Assembly: GCA_965240325.2 (NCBI GenBank)
Contig: OZ251245.1
Coordinates: 434,001-498,000, forward strand
Reading direction: 5' to 3'
DNA: 64,000 nt
DNA from: Rebecca billardiae RCC1528
Taxonomy: Eukaryota > Protista > Haptophyta
The position numbers and the translations under genes were made by a program. The notes beneath the pieces are model-generated. The model searched no databases. It was not told where the DNA came from and worked only from the letters and a program-made list of their open reading frames with translations. Position 1 is the first letter of the stretch, and each line of letters opens with the position of its first letter. Below are positions 47,098-60,051 of this stretch, one piece after another.

Positions 47098-48537
47098 TCA
47101 GTACCACGAGAGCGCCTTGTCCACAAAGTAGATTGCGCGCACCATCGCGTTGCCCTCGTCTGCGATCAGCGCAAACGGCCTGTCGTCGTGGTTGAGCTCG
47201 CTTGCGACGGCGGTCGGGCTGTTGAACATGGCGGCGGGGGCGACGCCGTCCTGGTACGCGGGCTCGCCGCCGCCGGCGAGCGTCTGCACCTTGCAGCGCA
47301 CGCCGGCGTGGCACAGCGCCACCTCCACGCGCCGCACCACGTTGTTCGCCGTGTCCGCCACGATCAGCGCTCGGCCACCCGGCCCGAGTGAGACGCCGCG
47401 CGGCGCGTGGAACTGCCCCGGGTTGTGTCGCCGCACGTCCGTGTCGTCATCGCCCGCGACGCCCGAGCCGGCGAAGGTGCGCGTCGCGCCGGTGGCGACG
47501 TCGACCGCGCGGATCACGTGGAACCCCGTGTCCGCCACGTACACCGTGCGGTCGTCGTCCGAGATCGCCACGCCCATCGGCTGCGAGAAGCGCGCCGCCG
47601 CGCCCGCGCCGTCGACGAGCGTCTCCGCGGGCCGCTCGGTGTACGTTCCGGCGAGCGTGCGCACGCGGCCGGAGGGCAGCTCGACGAGCCGGATCGCGTT
47701 GTTGTCGGTGTCCGCGACTGCGGCGAACGAGCCGTCAGACGACACCGCCACCCCGCTCGGCGCGGCGAACGCCGCCTCGTCCGGCTCGCCGTCCGTCAGG
47801 TCCCACTCGCCGCTGCCCGCCACCACGCTCACGTTGCCGCTCGGCAGGTGGAGCTGCTTGAGCGTGTTCGCGTCCATGTCGGTGAAGAGGACGGTGGAGG
47901 GCTGGTCGGGGCGGAACGCGACGCCGTGCGGCCGGCGGCCCACGCCGCGCGCGGCGGTGCTCACCGCGGTGCTGCGCAGGTCCACCACGCGGATGGCGGC
48001 GCTCCCCTCCTCCGTGAGCACCGCGTGCAACCGGTCGGGCGAGAGCGCGAGGCCGGTGAGCTTGCCGAAGCCCGCGCTGAGCCCGCTGGGCGAGTCGGCG
48101 GTGCCCAGCGCGCCGTTGCCGGCGACCGTGGACACGTTGATCGGGTACCCGCGCTTCCGAGGCGCCACCGCCTTGCAGCCCTTCCTCTGGCCGCACTGCA
48201 GCTTGCAGCAGCCGCACATGCAGTACGGCCGCTGCCAGCCGACCGGCTCGCGGTAGAAGTGGCCGCAGGCGCCCTTCGCGCAGCGCGCGTGCATGCAGCG
48301 TGCGCAGACGTTGCCCTTCTCGAGCGGCGCGGCGGGCACGGGCGGCGTGCTCCGAGTCAGCGCGTCGGCGCGCCCGGCACCGAGCGCCGAAGATGCGGCA
48401 GCGCCGAGCGCGACCACCGCGAGGGTCGTCGCGGCGACGGCGGCGACCGTGAGCGCGACGGCGCGCCAGCCATGGCGCGGAGTGCTACTGGCCACACCTG
48501 CGACGCTCTCGCCGCCCGCCGGCGGCTCGCTTGGCAT
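47098..48537 (-). CDS. Type II membrane NHL-repeat (beta-propeller) protein with a Cys-rich juxtamembrane module
   Basis: Repeats such as F..P.GVA.S.DG...VADT.NN.IR.V...G.V.TLAG, an N-terminal TM segment and a cluster of Cys residues before the propeller. Confidence 0.9.
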   Translation of the reverse strand: MPSEPPAGGESVAGVASSTPRHGWRAVALTVAAVAATTLAVVALGAAASSALGAGRADALTRSTPPVPAAPLEKGNVCARCMHARCAKGACGHFYREPVGWQRPYCMCGCCKLQCGQRKGCKAVAPRKRGYPINVSTVAGNGALGTADSPSGLSAGFGKLTGLALSPDRLHAVLTEEGSAAIRVVDLRSTAVSTAARGVGRRPHGVAFRPDQPSTVLFTDMDANTLKQLHLPSGNVSVVAGSGEWDLTDGEPDEAAFAAPSGVAVSSDGSFAAVADTDNNAIRLVELPSGRVRTLAGTYTERPAETLVDGAGAAARFSQPMGVAISDDDRTVYVADTGFHVIRAVDVATGATRTFAGSGVAGDDDTDVRRHNPGQFHAPRGVSLGPGGRALIVADTANNVVRRVEVALCHAGVRCKVQTLAGGGEPAYQDGVAPAAMFNSPTAVASELNHDDRPFALIADEGNAMVRAIYFVDKALSWY

Positions 48538-48939
48538 CAGCCCGGCGGCGCGCGCGCGTGCCCCGGACAGCTCGAAAAGCGAGCGAGTCGCTGTGCTGCT
48601 CGAAGTCGAGACGCGCGAGGTGCGCAGCGGGCTGGTGCACTGGTCAGCACGGCCAACGGCCCACCTCGGCGGTTAGAGGTGATTCTGCTTATTAATTTTA
48701 TGCGCTTGGCTGCTTATTTATTCATTTGCTCATTTATTATTGTCGTCGCGCGTAACGTTCGACGCGAAAACTACGATCGATGAAAGCAGCGCGCGCAGCG
48801 GCGGCGAAAGTGAAAACTCGGGCGCGCGCCACATCCAGCCTGGTGCCGCGCTGCCATACATGTGCGCCGTGCGTCCAGCGCCGACCGGTCGCAAGGCGAC
48901 GACAACCCGCTAGGCTCCACGCGCAGCCTAGCCCTAGCC

Positions 48940-50133
48940 CTAGGCATACGCACCCGGCGGAGGTGCTGCTGCAGCTGATCGTCGCGGCAGCGCTGCCGAG
49001 CCCAACGCCGCTCGTGTTGGCGCGGCCGTGACGGTGACTGCAGGATGCGCTCCAGTGGGCGCTCCCGGCATCGGTCTGGCTTGCCTGGGCGGGCTCGGCG
49101 GCGGCGGCGACGCCGGCGGCGCGAGCGGCGCCTCTGGCGCGCTGCGCGCGAACATGGTGCGGCCGTTCCGCCCGGCGCGTCTGGGCGTGTACTCCTCGCC
49201 CACCTCCTCCTCAAACTCGAGCTCGTCCAGCTCGTCCGTGTGCTCCTTGTACGAGGGGAGCATCCGCGGGTCGTCCGGGTTGAGCGCGCGCCTCAGCCGC
49301 ACGACGCACGGATGGCAGATGATCCAGAAGCAGCAGCAGAGCACGAGCACCACCAGCAGGAGAATCAGCAGCCGGAGCAGGAAGGACATGAGCGTCTCCT
49401 CACCCTCCTCCTCCTCCCCGCCCTCGTGCGTGTGCTGGCCGTTGGATGCCGCGGCATGGCCGCCGCCGGGCCCGCGCGCCGCCTCAGCGCCGGCCCCTTC
49501 GCCCTCGTCCCGTGTGCCGCCAGACCCGTCGTTGCGATGGTCCCCCGAGTTGCCGCCATTCCCATTGTCGCGCCCGTGGCCGTGGCCGTGGCCGTGGCCG
49601 CCCTTGCTCCCGTCGCCGTCGGTGCTCCCGCCGCCGTGAGTGCCGGCGCCGCCATCGGTGCCGGCGCCACCGTCGGTGGTGTTTCCGCCGTCGCCACTGC
49701 CTTTGCCGCCGGTGCTGTTCTGCCCGTCCGACCCACCGCTCGGGCTGAGCGGCGGGCTGTGTGGCGGGCTGTGTGGCGGGCTGTGTGGCGGGCTGCTCGG
49801 CGGGCGAGCCGGCGAGGGCACGGGCGGGCTGCTCGGCGACGTCACCACCCCCGGCGGCGGCGGCAGTGCTGGAGGCAGCGGCGGCGGCGACAGCGGCGCC
49901 GACGGCGGTGGCAGCGGCGGGCTCGGCCGCGGCGAGGGCGAGGGCGGTGGCGGAGGCCTGGGCGCACTCGCGTGCAGCCCGCCACTCCCCGGGGACGGCG
50001 GCGAGCGAGGCGCAGGCGGCGGCGTGAGGAGCGGAGGCGGGGGCAGGCCAGGCGGATACGGCGGCGGCGGCGACGGCGGCGGCATAGGCGCCGGCGCGCG
50101 CGGACTCGGCCCGCCGCTGGCATGCGCCGGAGG

Positions 50134-50174
<41 letters not shown>

Positions 50175-50663
50175 GCCGCGCCCACGGTGGCGGCGACAGG
50201 TCGCTTTCGCTGGGCAGCTCCAGGCGACCGACAACATGCATCCACTTCCGCTCCATGTGCCCGTGCCGATCCTGCGCGGCGCGCGCGGCGGGAGCCAGGG
50301 GTCGGGGCGACTGTCACGCCGCGCGCAGCCGGAGGCAGATCGGACGGAGCGCCGCGCGCGAGCGCGCGCTCGGCGCACCTGCAGGTAGCAGGTGAACGTT
50401 TCGCGGTCGAATGTGAACGCCTTGCACTCGGGCTCCGCGTGGCACCGGTTGCAGCACTCCGCCGCGTTCGCTGCCGTCGGGCTGGAGAGCCACGGGACGG
50501 GCGTGTGCACGCCTGGCGCGCGGTCCGCGCGGCCGCCCGAGATGTAGCACATCAGGCCCGCGCGCGTGTGCAGCTCGCGGTACGGCTGCCACTCGGCTCT
50601 GCTCACCGCGGCGAGCGCGAGCAGCAAGGCACCGCGCAGGTGCGCGTGCGCGCGGCGCTGCAT
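48940..50663 (-). CDS. Type I membrane protein: signal peptide, PAN/Apple domain, Pro/Ser-rich (extensin-like) stalk, Gly/His-rich linker, TM; exons 50379-50663, 48940-50271
   Basis: ANAAECCNRCHAEPECKAFTF...CYL; SPn repeats; TM followed by CCCFWIIC; 107-nt GT-AG intron restores the frame. Confidence 0.85.
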
Positions 50664-50992
50664 GCCAGCGCCGCGCTGCTCTCGGGGCCTGCCCAGGCTG
50701 GCGAGCGGCCTGCTTGCAGCAACCTCCCGCTTGAATTCGCGGGATCACTGGCCAGTCCGGTAATTGCAGCCGTTGCTCTCGTCAGTCCGGGGCGCGCATT
50801 TTTGCTTCTCTAGGGGCGCGCCTGCCCGGGCGATGGCGCCTCGGCGCAGCAAACGGCTCGGAGCACAAGCATCACCGCTCATGCGCGTCCGCCATCTCCC
50901 CGCCCGCGCCAGCCGTACGCGTCCCTGCAAGCGCGCACGGCTTCGCGCGCCTGCCATCACTCCCCCACGGCGCGCTCTGCGGCGCGCCGCGC

Positions 50993-53030
50993 TCAGCGCA
51001 CAAACGCCCACTGCGACACGCGCTCGATCGCGTAGCACGAGGCCGCGGTCACGAGCGCGGTGGAGACGAGGCTCTCGCGCAGCGCGGGCGGGAGCTCGAC
51101 GAGCTCGAGCATCTCGTTCAGCGGCGCCAGCCAGCCGCTCGCCATCCCCACCCCGCCGCCCGCCATCAGCGTGAGCAGCGCAAACAGCGGCCGGTTCGAG
51201 CGCAGCGACTCCATGAACGGGTGCCCCGTGTAGTTCACGGCGAACGTCGTCGCCTGCCGGGCGGCGGCGGCGCGCGGGCAGCGCGCGGCGCAGCGTGAGC
51301 ACGCGCGCGGGGCCCACACCCCTCTCCCGCGCGCCCCCGCTCCCCGCGCGCGCCCTCCCCCGCGCCCACCTGCGCGAGCAGCAGCACGAGGTAGACCACG
51401 CTGTTGAGCACGCCCGGCTCAAACTTGCCCTCGGGGTCGCGCTCGCGGCCGGCTGGCTCGTGCGCGCTCGCCTGCGCGGGCGGGGAGGGCAGGGGGCGGC
51501 GTGTGTGTGTGTGTGTGCATGTGTGTACGTGTGTACGTGTGTAAGTGCGCGTGTGCGTGTGCGTGCGTGTGCGCGAGTGTGGCGGGGGGCGGCGCGGCGC
51601 GGCGCGCACCTCCGCCACCAGTGAGACGAGCGCCAGCAGGTGGCAGCCAAACTGGCCCGCCACCGACACGGCCACGTACGGCGACAGCACCGAGGTGGGC
51701 GGCTGGCGGGGGGAGAGGGTGGGCAGCGGCTTGGCGCGCGAGATGAAGAGGAAGGCGACGGCGTTGAGCATCGCGGCCACCGTCACCTGCGTGTCCCCGT
51801 TCTTGATCCCGTCGTGGTACAGCACAGAGAGGCCGTAGCTGCGCACACACGCGCACACACGCGCACACACGCACACACGCGCACACGCGCACACGCGCAC
51901 ACGCGCATGCGCGCATGCGCACACACGCCACAGGGCGCCGCGCGCGCGCGCGGGAGGCGGTGCGGGGCGCGTGGGCGCACAGCGGGAGCGGAGCGCGCGG
52001 CGCTCGCGCGGCGGGCGCGTGGCGCGCACGCGGAGAGCAGGCAGTTGAGCGCGAGGATCTTGAACATCTGGATGGTCGTCACCAGCGTCGCGCGCCCCTG
52101 CATGAGCACCTGCAGCGCGGCGGAGATGGAGGCGGAGCGCGAGGTGAAGGGCGAGGCGAACGAGGCGTCGCCCGGCCGCACCATCTGCACCTCCGCGTCG
52201 AGGTACGGCTGGGGCGGCTGCTGCGGCGGCGGCTGCGCGCCGAGGCCCGCGCCGCCCGCCCGCTGCGCCGCCGCGCCCGCGGCCGACCCGCCGCCCGCCG
52301 CCGCGTCCGCCGCCGCCGTCTCCTGGATGAGTGCGGCCAGCTCGCCGCCCGCGCCGCCCGCGCCGCCCGCGCCGAGCGCGAGGGTGTCCGTGTGCGTGCC
52401 GTGCGCGTCCACGTTGACGGGCGGGTTGATCACGGCGATGCCGATCGCCGCCTCCTTGAGCGCGCCCACGTCGTTGGTGCCGTCGCCGAGCATCGCTGTC
52501 GTCGCGCCCGTCGCGTTCAGCGCCGCGAGCACCGCGGCCTTCTGCTCGGGCGAGACGCGCGCGAACACGCGCACGCGCGAGAGCACGGCGCCCGCCTGCG
52601 CGGCGCTGCGCCCGTCGAGGAGGGCGGGGAGGAGGCGGCCGGGGACGCAGAGGTCCCACGCGCGCGCGAGCTCGGCGACCGCGCGCGCGCCCTCCTCCGA
52701 GCGCGGGTCCGTGAGTAGAGCCGACGGCGACGTCGCCGCCGCCGCCGCCTCGGCCGCCTCCGCCTCGGCCGCGGCCAAGCGCTCGCCCGAGCGGCGGCGC
52801 GCGCGCGCGCCCGCCCCCTTCTTGCCGCCCGCCTTGCCGCCCTTCGGGCCCTTCGCGGCGGAGGCGGCGGCGGACGCGTCGGCCGCGGCCTGCTCCTCCG
52901 CCGCCGCCGCCGCGCGCCGCAGCTGCGCCAGGTACTGCGCGCGCTCGGCCGCGGAGTGCATCGGCCGCCAGTGCAGGCCGCGCGGCGGCGGCGGCGGCGG
53001 CGCGGCGGCCGCGTCGGCCGCGCCCGCCTC

Positions 53031-53063
<33 letters not shown>

Positions 53064-55044
53064 GCCCCCCGCGTCGGTCGGCGGCGGCGCGGGCTGCCCG
53101 GCTGCCTGCACCGCCGCCTCCGCCTCCGCCCCGCCCCCTCCGAGCGCCAGCTCGCTCAGCTCCAGCAGCGGCTTGGTCGCGAGGCCGGCGTCCACCGCCG
53201 CCTGGCACGCGGTGTAGGGCGTGTCGCCCGTGATCATCACGAGCTCGTGGCGCGAGCGCCGCAGGTGCGCGAGGACCGAGGCGGTGTCGGGCTTGAGCGG
53301 GCACGCGAGCACGAGCAGCCCCCGGAACGTCAGCCCCGACTCCGCCGCGTCCCGCCCTGCCAGCTTCGCCTCGGCCGCGCTCACGCCGGGCAGCGCCTTG
53401 TCGCCGAGGGCGAGCACGCGCGCGCCGCGCCGCGCAAACCACGCGAAGAGGTCGTCGTACCACTCGGGCTTGGCGGCGAAGCGCGAGGCCATCGCCTCGG
53501 GCGCGCCCTTCGCGAGCACGCGCAGCTGCGAGTGCGAGCGCCGCTCCGCGCGCTCGCCGCCCGCGTCCGCCCACTCGACGGTGGCGAGCACAGACATGCG
53601 GCGCAGCGCCGAGCGGAACGGGAAGCGGTGGTGGATGCGCACGGACGCGGGGGGCTGCGCGGCGAGCGCGTGGCGGTGCGCGCGGTGCACGCCGGCGTTG
53701 ACGAGCACGTCGGGCCGGCTGAACGCCCACCCCACCGACGAGAGCGCCGCGCGCTCCATCGGGTCCCCCAGCAGCCGCGTGCCGACGCACACGATCCCGT
53801 GGCACGCCGCCAGGCACACCGCCACGTCCAGCTCGAGGTCGGAGGGGCGGAGCAGCGCGGGGCGCAGGGAGGCGGCGGCGGCGGCGGCGCCGGCGCCGTC
53901 GGGCGGCGCGGCCTCGGCGCGCTGCGCCGCCGCCGCCGCCGGCCCGGGCGAGACGCCGAGCACGGTGAGCCTGTCCGTGGTGAGTGTGCCCGTCTTGTCG
54001 AAGCAGAGCACCTTCGCCTTGCCCGCCATCGGGATGCGGAAGGGCTCGGTGCAGTACACGCCGGCGAGGTGGAGGGCGAGGAGGGAGGTGTTCACCGCGA
54101 GCGAGAGCTCCATCGGCAGCTCGGGCGGCACCACCGACGTGAGGATCATCGTGCAGTGCAGCAGCAGCCGGTGGCGGTCGCGCGACTCGTCCGCCCAGCC
54201 GGTCGCGAGCACGTGCCCGGCCGCGGCGAGCGCGCACGCGAGCAGGCACAGGATGTAGACGAGGACCTCGGTGTTGTTGGCGGAGACGGGCTCGCGCGAG
54301 AAGAGGATGGTGCGGAGCAGCTTGCCCTGCGTCGTCGCGAACCCCGTGCGCAGCACGTACCCCACCGCGCCGCCGTCGGGCGGCTGCAGCGCGCGCGGCT
54401 GCGCGCCCGCCGAGTGCTGCACGACCGACGTGCCGGCGCACAGCACGTGCGTGCGGTCGCGCGCGAGGCAGAGCGGCTCGGAGGCGCGCTCGGGCGGGGG
54501 CGCCTCCTTGAGCTGCGGCACGGACTCGCCGGTGAGCATCGCCTCGTTCGCCACCGCCGAGCCGTGCACGAGCAGCACGTCCGCGACGAGCGGCGCGTCG
54601 TCCGACGGCCCGCGGCACACCGAGACCAAATCTCCCGGCACGAGATCGGCCGAGGAGAGCGGCTGCCACCGGCCGGCGCGGTGGCAGAGGACGGGCGCGG
54701 GGCGCGGCGCGAGCAGCCGCAGGTCGGCGAGCGTGCGCATCCGCGAGCTCACCACCGTCCCCTCGAACAGCGCGAGCATCGCCAGCGTGAACAGCGAGTA
54801 GTACCAGTAGTCGTCGAGCGACCAGAGCCCCACGCAGAAGAGCTGGAACACAAAGAAGGGCGCGAGCAGCTGCTGGGCGTAGAGCGCCCAGAAGGAGGGC
54901 TCGGGGATGGAGAAGGCGTTCGGGCCGAACGCCGCCTGCCGGCGCACCGCCTCCTCCTCCGACTCCACGCCGCCCCACGCGCCGTACGAGCCCAGCGGCT
55001 CGTCGATCGGGTAGCGCGAGCGCTCGAACCGCGCACCGCACCGC

Positions 55045-55081
<37 letters not shown>

Positions 55082-55562
55082 CCGAGGGCGGCGGCGGCGG
55101 CGGCGGCGGCGGCACGTGCACGTACTTGCGGCGCTGCCAGTAGAAGTGCGCGACGCCCTCGCCCGCCGCGTCGCCCGGATCGGCGCCCTCGGCCGCCGAG
55201 CTCATGCGCAGCAGCCGGCAGAGCGTGCGCCGCCCGCCCGCGCCCGGCGCCACGACCTTCACCGCGGTCGCGCGGCGCACGTCGCGCACGGCGCGGAAGT
55301 GCAGCGCGACGCGCAGCTCGACGGACCAGTACGTCGCGAGCACCGACAGCCCGTGCAGCCCGACGAGCACCGGGAACACGTACGGCATCACCTCGTACGC
55401 GTGCGGCGCGCTAACGAGCGCCCACAGCGCGAGCGCGTACGCGCACGCGAACGGGAGGACGTCGGGGCGCAGCGCGGCGGCGCGCGGGGCGAGGAGGGTG
55501 ATCGAGCGCGGCTCCTCCTCGTCCGACGCGCTCGCGGACGCGCCCGCCGTTGGCGTCGCCAT
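50993..55562 (-). CDS. ATP13A1: P5A-type ATPase (Spf1/ATP13A1); exons 52030-55562, 51610-51838, 51370-51471, 50993-51253
   Basis: TGES, PPELPMELSLAVN (P5A signature), DKTGTLT, KGAPE, MITGD, GDGTNDVGALK, GDASFASPFTS, VNYTGHPFMESL; three frame-consistent introns. Confidence 0.95.
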
Positions 55563-56037
55563 GGCGCACGCAGAAGCTCGCGACGCGCGACGCGACGAGG
55601 GCGGGCTGCGCGGCAGCCACTGTCCGGGACGGCACGCACGCCGCGGCGGCGCGTGCGAGGCTTTTTATTGCGCCGATCCTTTTCTGAATGAAGCGTCGCC
55701 GCGATTTTCAGCAGCTGGACCGGCACGATGACGATGGCTGCCAAGCATAAAGCATCCGAACAGTGGGTGAGTGGGTGCGTACGTGCCATACCCCATGCGG
55801 CCGAGTACGGGCACGAGGCAGCCGCCGTGAAACGCTCAGCTCGCTGAGTATCCGTCGGCCTCCACTCTCGGGTCCAACTCACGTGGCGGCGCCGCCCGGT
55901 CAGCACCGGTCTCCGACTCGGGACAGGGCGCAGGCGCGGCGCGGCCGCTCGCGGCACCGGTACTGTCGTCTGGCCGAGGCCGAGGCAGGCGACCGAGCTC
56001 AGACGGACGTGCCGGCGCCGTGACGAGCCAACGCGTG

Positions 56038-58412
56038 TCACCTACCCTCCGCGTCGTCACCCTCCTCCTCTCCCTCGTCGCCCTCCGCCGCGCCCGCGTC
56101 GGCGGGCACCGCCGCCGCGCCGCTCGCGCGCGGCTCCTCTGCGCGCGAGTGCTCCAGCCACGCGGACGCGTCGAGCGCGGCGCCCAGCTCGGGCAGCGCG
56201 TAGTACCGGACGAGGTGCGAGGCGGAGATCCGCTGGCCGCCCGCGCTGCTCGCGTTCTGCGGCTGCGCGTGCGCGCTCAGCCACCTCCACGCGCCCTTTG
56301 CGTCGTGCGAGCACGGCAGCGAGCCCTGCGACCAGCGCACCGCGCCCTCGTGCGTGCACGCGAGGGGGGCGCCCCTTCTGCCGCCCTTCTTCTTCGGCTT
56401 GGGCTCGGCGCCGGCGGCGGCGCCGGTCCACGTGCCGTCCGCGCGCGCGGCCGACGCGTACAGCTCCGCGCTGATGTCCGCGGCGCGCGCGAAGAGCTTG
56501 CGGTTCAGCGCCTGGCGGGCGGCGCGCGCGGGCGGCGGGTCGCGGCTCGCGCGCGCGCTCGCGCGTTGAGCTCCCGACGCTGCGCGGAGCAACCGCGGCG
56601 GGTGCGCGGCGGGTGGCGCGGCGCGGCGCGCGGCGGGGTGGCTCGCGCGCGCGCGCACCGTGAGCTCGCCCTCGCCGAAGCCGAAGCTCGCCTCGAGCTC
56701 GGACGAGTTGGCCGCCCAGTGCGCGGCGCGCGCGCTCACCATGTCGCGCGCCGTGCGCGGGTTGAGCGTGGCCGAGGCGAGGGAGGTGGTCTGGAGGACC
56801 CAGTCCTGCCGCCCCAGCACCTCGGTGTTGTGCGCGCCGAGCATGCCCTCGGCGAGGGCGAGGACGGAGGAGTTGAAGTAGCCGACGGTGAGCAGCGACA
56901 GCCCCGCGGAGAAGCAGTCCTCCTCGCGCACGCGCCGCAGCTCGCCGCGCAGCCTGCAGCGGCAGGCGGACCGGACGCCGGCGCGGCGCGGCGCGCGAGG
57001 CGCGGCGGCGCGGCGGCGCGGCGGCGCGGCGGCGCGGCGGCGCGGCGGCGCGGCGGCGCGGCGGCGCGGTGTGCGATCGGTGTTTGAGCCAGCTGCGCTC
57101 GCTGCGGCGGGGGGTGGGCGGCGTGGGCGGCGCTCGCGCGCGGGCGCGCGCGCACCGGTTGTGCAGCGCGCTCGTCCAGTGCAGCTTCTGCCGCGAGCAC
57201 ACGAACAGCGCGAACGACGTGCTTGAGGCGGCCGCCTGCGCGCCCACACCTGTGCGCATCAGCGGCAGCCGGGCCTGCACCTGCGCCAGGTAGTCGGCGT
57301 GGAGGGCGTCGTCCGAGTCGAGCCGGGTGGAGATGTAGCGGTCGAGACGCTCGAGGCCGGCGAGCTGCTCGCCCACCGCGTCGGCGACGTACCGGAGCTG
57401 GGCTGCGCGCGGGGCGGGGGCAGCACGCGCCGAGCGCGCCGAGCGCTGAGCGCACTCGCACGCGCCGAGCGCGCGCGCGCGCGCCAAGGCCGAGGCCGAG
57501 CGCGCGGCGGCGCACCCGAGACGGAGCGCAGGTGCACGAGCTCGCGCGTGAAGAGGAGGTAGATCCAGCCGTGCGACGCCGTCGCCGCGACCAGCTGCCG
57601 CTGCGCGCGCGCCGGCAGCTCGGGGTCGGCGTAGACGAGCCACACGAAGCGCGCGTCCCGCTGCCGCTTCACGGACGGCGCGGTAAGGCTGCTGAACAGC
57701 CGCACGCGCGCGTCCACGTGCGCGGGCTGCGCGCGCGGGCGCGCGGGCGCGCGGCGGGGGAGGAGGGGGCGGGTGCGCGCGCGCGCGCGCAGAACGCCGC
57801 TCGGCGACGCCGCCCTGCCGCGCGGCGCAGCGCGCGCGCCCGCGCGCGCGCGCAGGCGCGCACGTCGGCAGACTGGCCAAGTAGCACGCGAGTAATCAGC
57901 ACGTGTACCGCGGACACGCCGCCGAGCTCGAAGGCGTACTCGCGGAGCGGGCGGCGCGGCACCTCGATCAGCTCGCCCGCGCCCGCGCCGCCCGCCGCCG
58001 CCGCCGCCTCCGCCGCCTCGATCCCGTTGTACGCCGCCTCGGCCGCGGCGCGCTCCGACCGGAGCACGTCAAACGAGCCCTCGCGCAGCCGCGCGAGCTG
58101 GAGGTTCTCCTTGTGCGCGGCGCGCGCGCGCTTGAGCGCGTCCTCGTCGATCTCGACCACCTCGTGCCACAGCCCCAGCGCCGCCGCCTTCGCCATCGGG
58201 TGCGACGCCTCGCCCGCGCCGAGCGCCGCGTCCGCCGCGTCGGCCGTGCCGGCCGGCGACTCGACGCGCCGCCGCCGCCGCCGTGTGCGCGCGACAATCT
58301 CCTCGAGCCAGGGCACCTGCAGGTGCGCGCTGCAGATCTGCAGCAGCGCCACCGCGAAGTTCACGCCGAGCACCGCATACAGGCAGGTCCGAAGGCCCCT
58401 CGGCCGGGGCAT
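56038..58412 (-). CDS. Type II membrane putative glycosyltransferase (putative rhamnosyltransferase-like, GT-A); exons 57864-58412, 57516-57726, 57156-57402, 56659-56953, 56038-56511
   Basis: N-terminal TM; HVLITR; RVRLF...PSVKRQ...FVWLVYADPELP; TRLDSDDALHADY (DxDD); four frame-consistent GT-AG introns. Confidence 0.75.
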
Positions 58413-58871
58413 CGTCGGGGCGCGTTGTCAACGGCCCTGATGCTCGGTCGGCTGTCGAGCGGCCATCGCCGGCCAGGGCGATTTTATTCCGGCTTCCGCC
58501 TGCCTGTTCAAGTTTTTGTTGTTGTTGATCGTCAGCTGATGATGCCATCAATTTCCCGCGCCGCGCGGTCGCCGCGGCAGCCTGGCAAGTCAGATGGCAA
58601 CGTCACTCGCCGACGCGCACTGCAGCACTTGAGTTGAAACGGTTAGACTCTAGCCTCAGATGTGATCGAGTATGTATATACATGTGTGTGTGTGTGTGAT
58701 TATAGTAGTAGTGGTAGTCATCGTCGTCAGATAAGCTAAGACGACGTCGGACTCTGATGGATGCGCGGCAGACTAGAATCATGTCGCCTGGCAACGATGT
58801 CAATAATGCGCCGCATGCGCCGTGCGCGCGCGTCGTCGCGGCGTGATCGGCGCGACGGACGCGCCGCGATG

Positions 58872-59810
58872 TCATCGAGACGAGTCCGCACGCCTGCGCT
58901 CGCGCAGCCATAGCACGACGTTGAACGTGCACAGGAGCCCTTGGCACCCGATGACCACGATGCTCTCCAGACGAGGTGCCTGCGGCCGCGGGTTCGCACA
59001 CGCGCCAAGCATGTCAGGTTCGCTCGTCACGCAGGCCGGCGCGTGCGCGGGTGCGAGCGCGCACATGCATGACTGTGCACATGCCCACGAACAGCAGCGG
59101 GTGGAAGACGAGACGGACGCCGACGAAGCAGACGTCGTGCGCGAACGAGACCGCCCGCAGCAACGCCTTAGGCTTGCGCGCGTCCTCGCGCAGCTGCCGT
59201 CGCACCACAAGCGCGAGGGTCTGCAGCTCAGCGCCGCCTGCGCGCGCGCAGGGACATGCGCGCGCGCTCGCTGTCGGCGCCCGTGGCATGCGGCCGGGGA
59301 CGGCGCGGCGGCGTGGCGTGGCGCGCGCGAGCGCGCGCGCACACCTGCGATCGCCGTGAACTCCGCCAGGTCGTGGTGGTGCAGCGGCACGAGCGCGAAG
59401 ATGAGCGTGACAACGTGATGCGTGAGGATGATCCGGCGCGTGCGCACGGCCGTCGCATGCGTGAGGAGGTACGCGCCGTCCCAGAGGACGTACGCGCACA
59501 AGGCGAGCGCGACGGTGTACGCATCCACTGCGCACAGCCACGAGCCCACCAGGGCGACGCACAGCGGCGTGAGCAGCACCGTGTTGATGCGGTCGTGCCT
59601 GCGCTCGGCTGCGCTCACCTCGTCCGCATCCGCCGTGCGCGTGGCGGGCACGAGCGGCACGAGGAGCAGCACGCCGAGCAGCGCGGTGAGGAGCGGCGCG
59701 AACGACGGCGGCGTCACGTCCCTGCACGTTCGCACCGTCGGAAACGTGAGCATGCGCCCCAGCGTCATGCACTCGTGCGCGCACTGCATTTCATCGCGGC
59801 CGCCAGCCAT
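58872..59810 (-). CDS. TLC (TRAM/LAG1/CLN8)-domain membrane protein; exons 59345-59810, 59065-59237, 58872-58979
   Basis: AYVLWD, IILTHHVVT (HH motif), AELQT, FVGVRLV, FN..W; multiple TM helices. Confidence 0.75.
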   Translation of the reverse strand: MAGGRDEMQCAHECMTLGRMLTFPTVRTCRDVTPPSFAPLLTALLGVLLLVPLVPATRTADADEVSAAERRHDRINTVLLTPLCVALVGSWLCAVDAYTVALALCAYVLWDGAYLLTHATAVRTRRIILTHHVVTLIFALVPLHHHDLAEFTAIAGVRARSRAPRHAAAPSPAACHGRRQRARAHVPARAQAALSCRPSRLWCDGSCARTRASLRRCCGRSRSRTTSASSASVSSSTRCCSWACAQSCMCALAPAHAPACVTSEPDMLGACANPRPQAPRLESIVVIGCQGLLCTFNVVLWLRERRRADSSR

Positions 59811-60051
59811 CGTCAGTCCATTATCGCTGTGCAGGCGAGTCCGTCATTCGCGCGTGGTCCGGACAAGGGGGTTCAATCCCGGAACAGAAACGATGGCGGC
59901 ACCGGTCTGGCGGAGGGTCTGGCGCAGGTGCCGCCAAAGCTGAAAGCCGGAGCGGCCTCCCAGCCAGCGGAGCCAAAGTTGCGGCAAGGCTGGTGAGCAA
60001 GCAAGGCCTCTCTTGATTGCCACCGACCGGATGCCGCCCGAACGATCGACG

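Noticed and set aside
51500-51930. (GT)n/(CA)n-rich tracts, and the GGCGCGGC repeat at about 56997-57069
   Set aside because: Ordinary intronic microsatellites.
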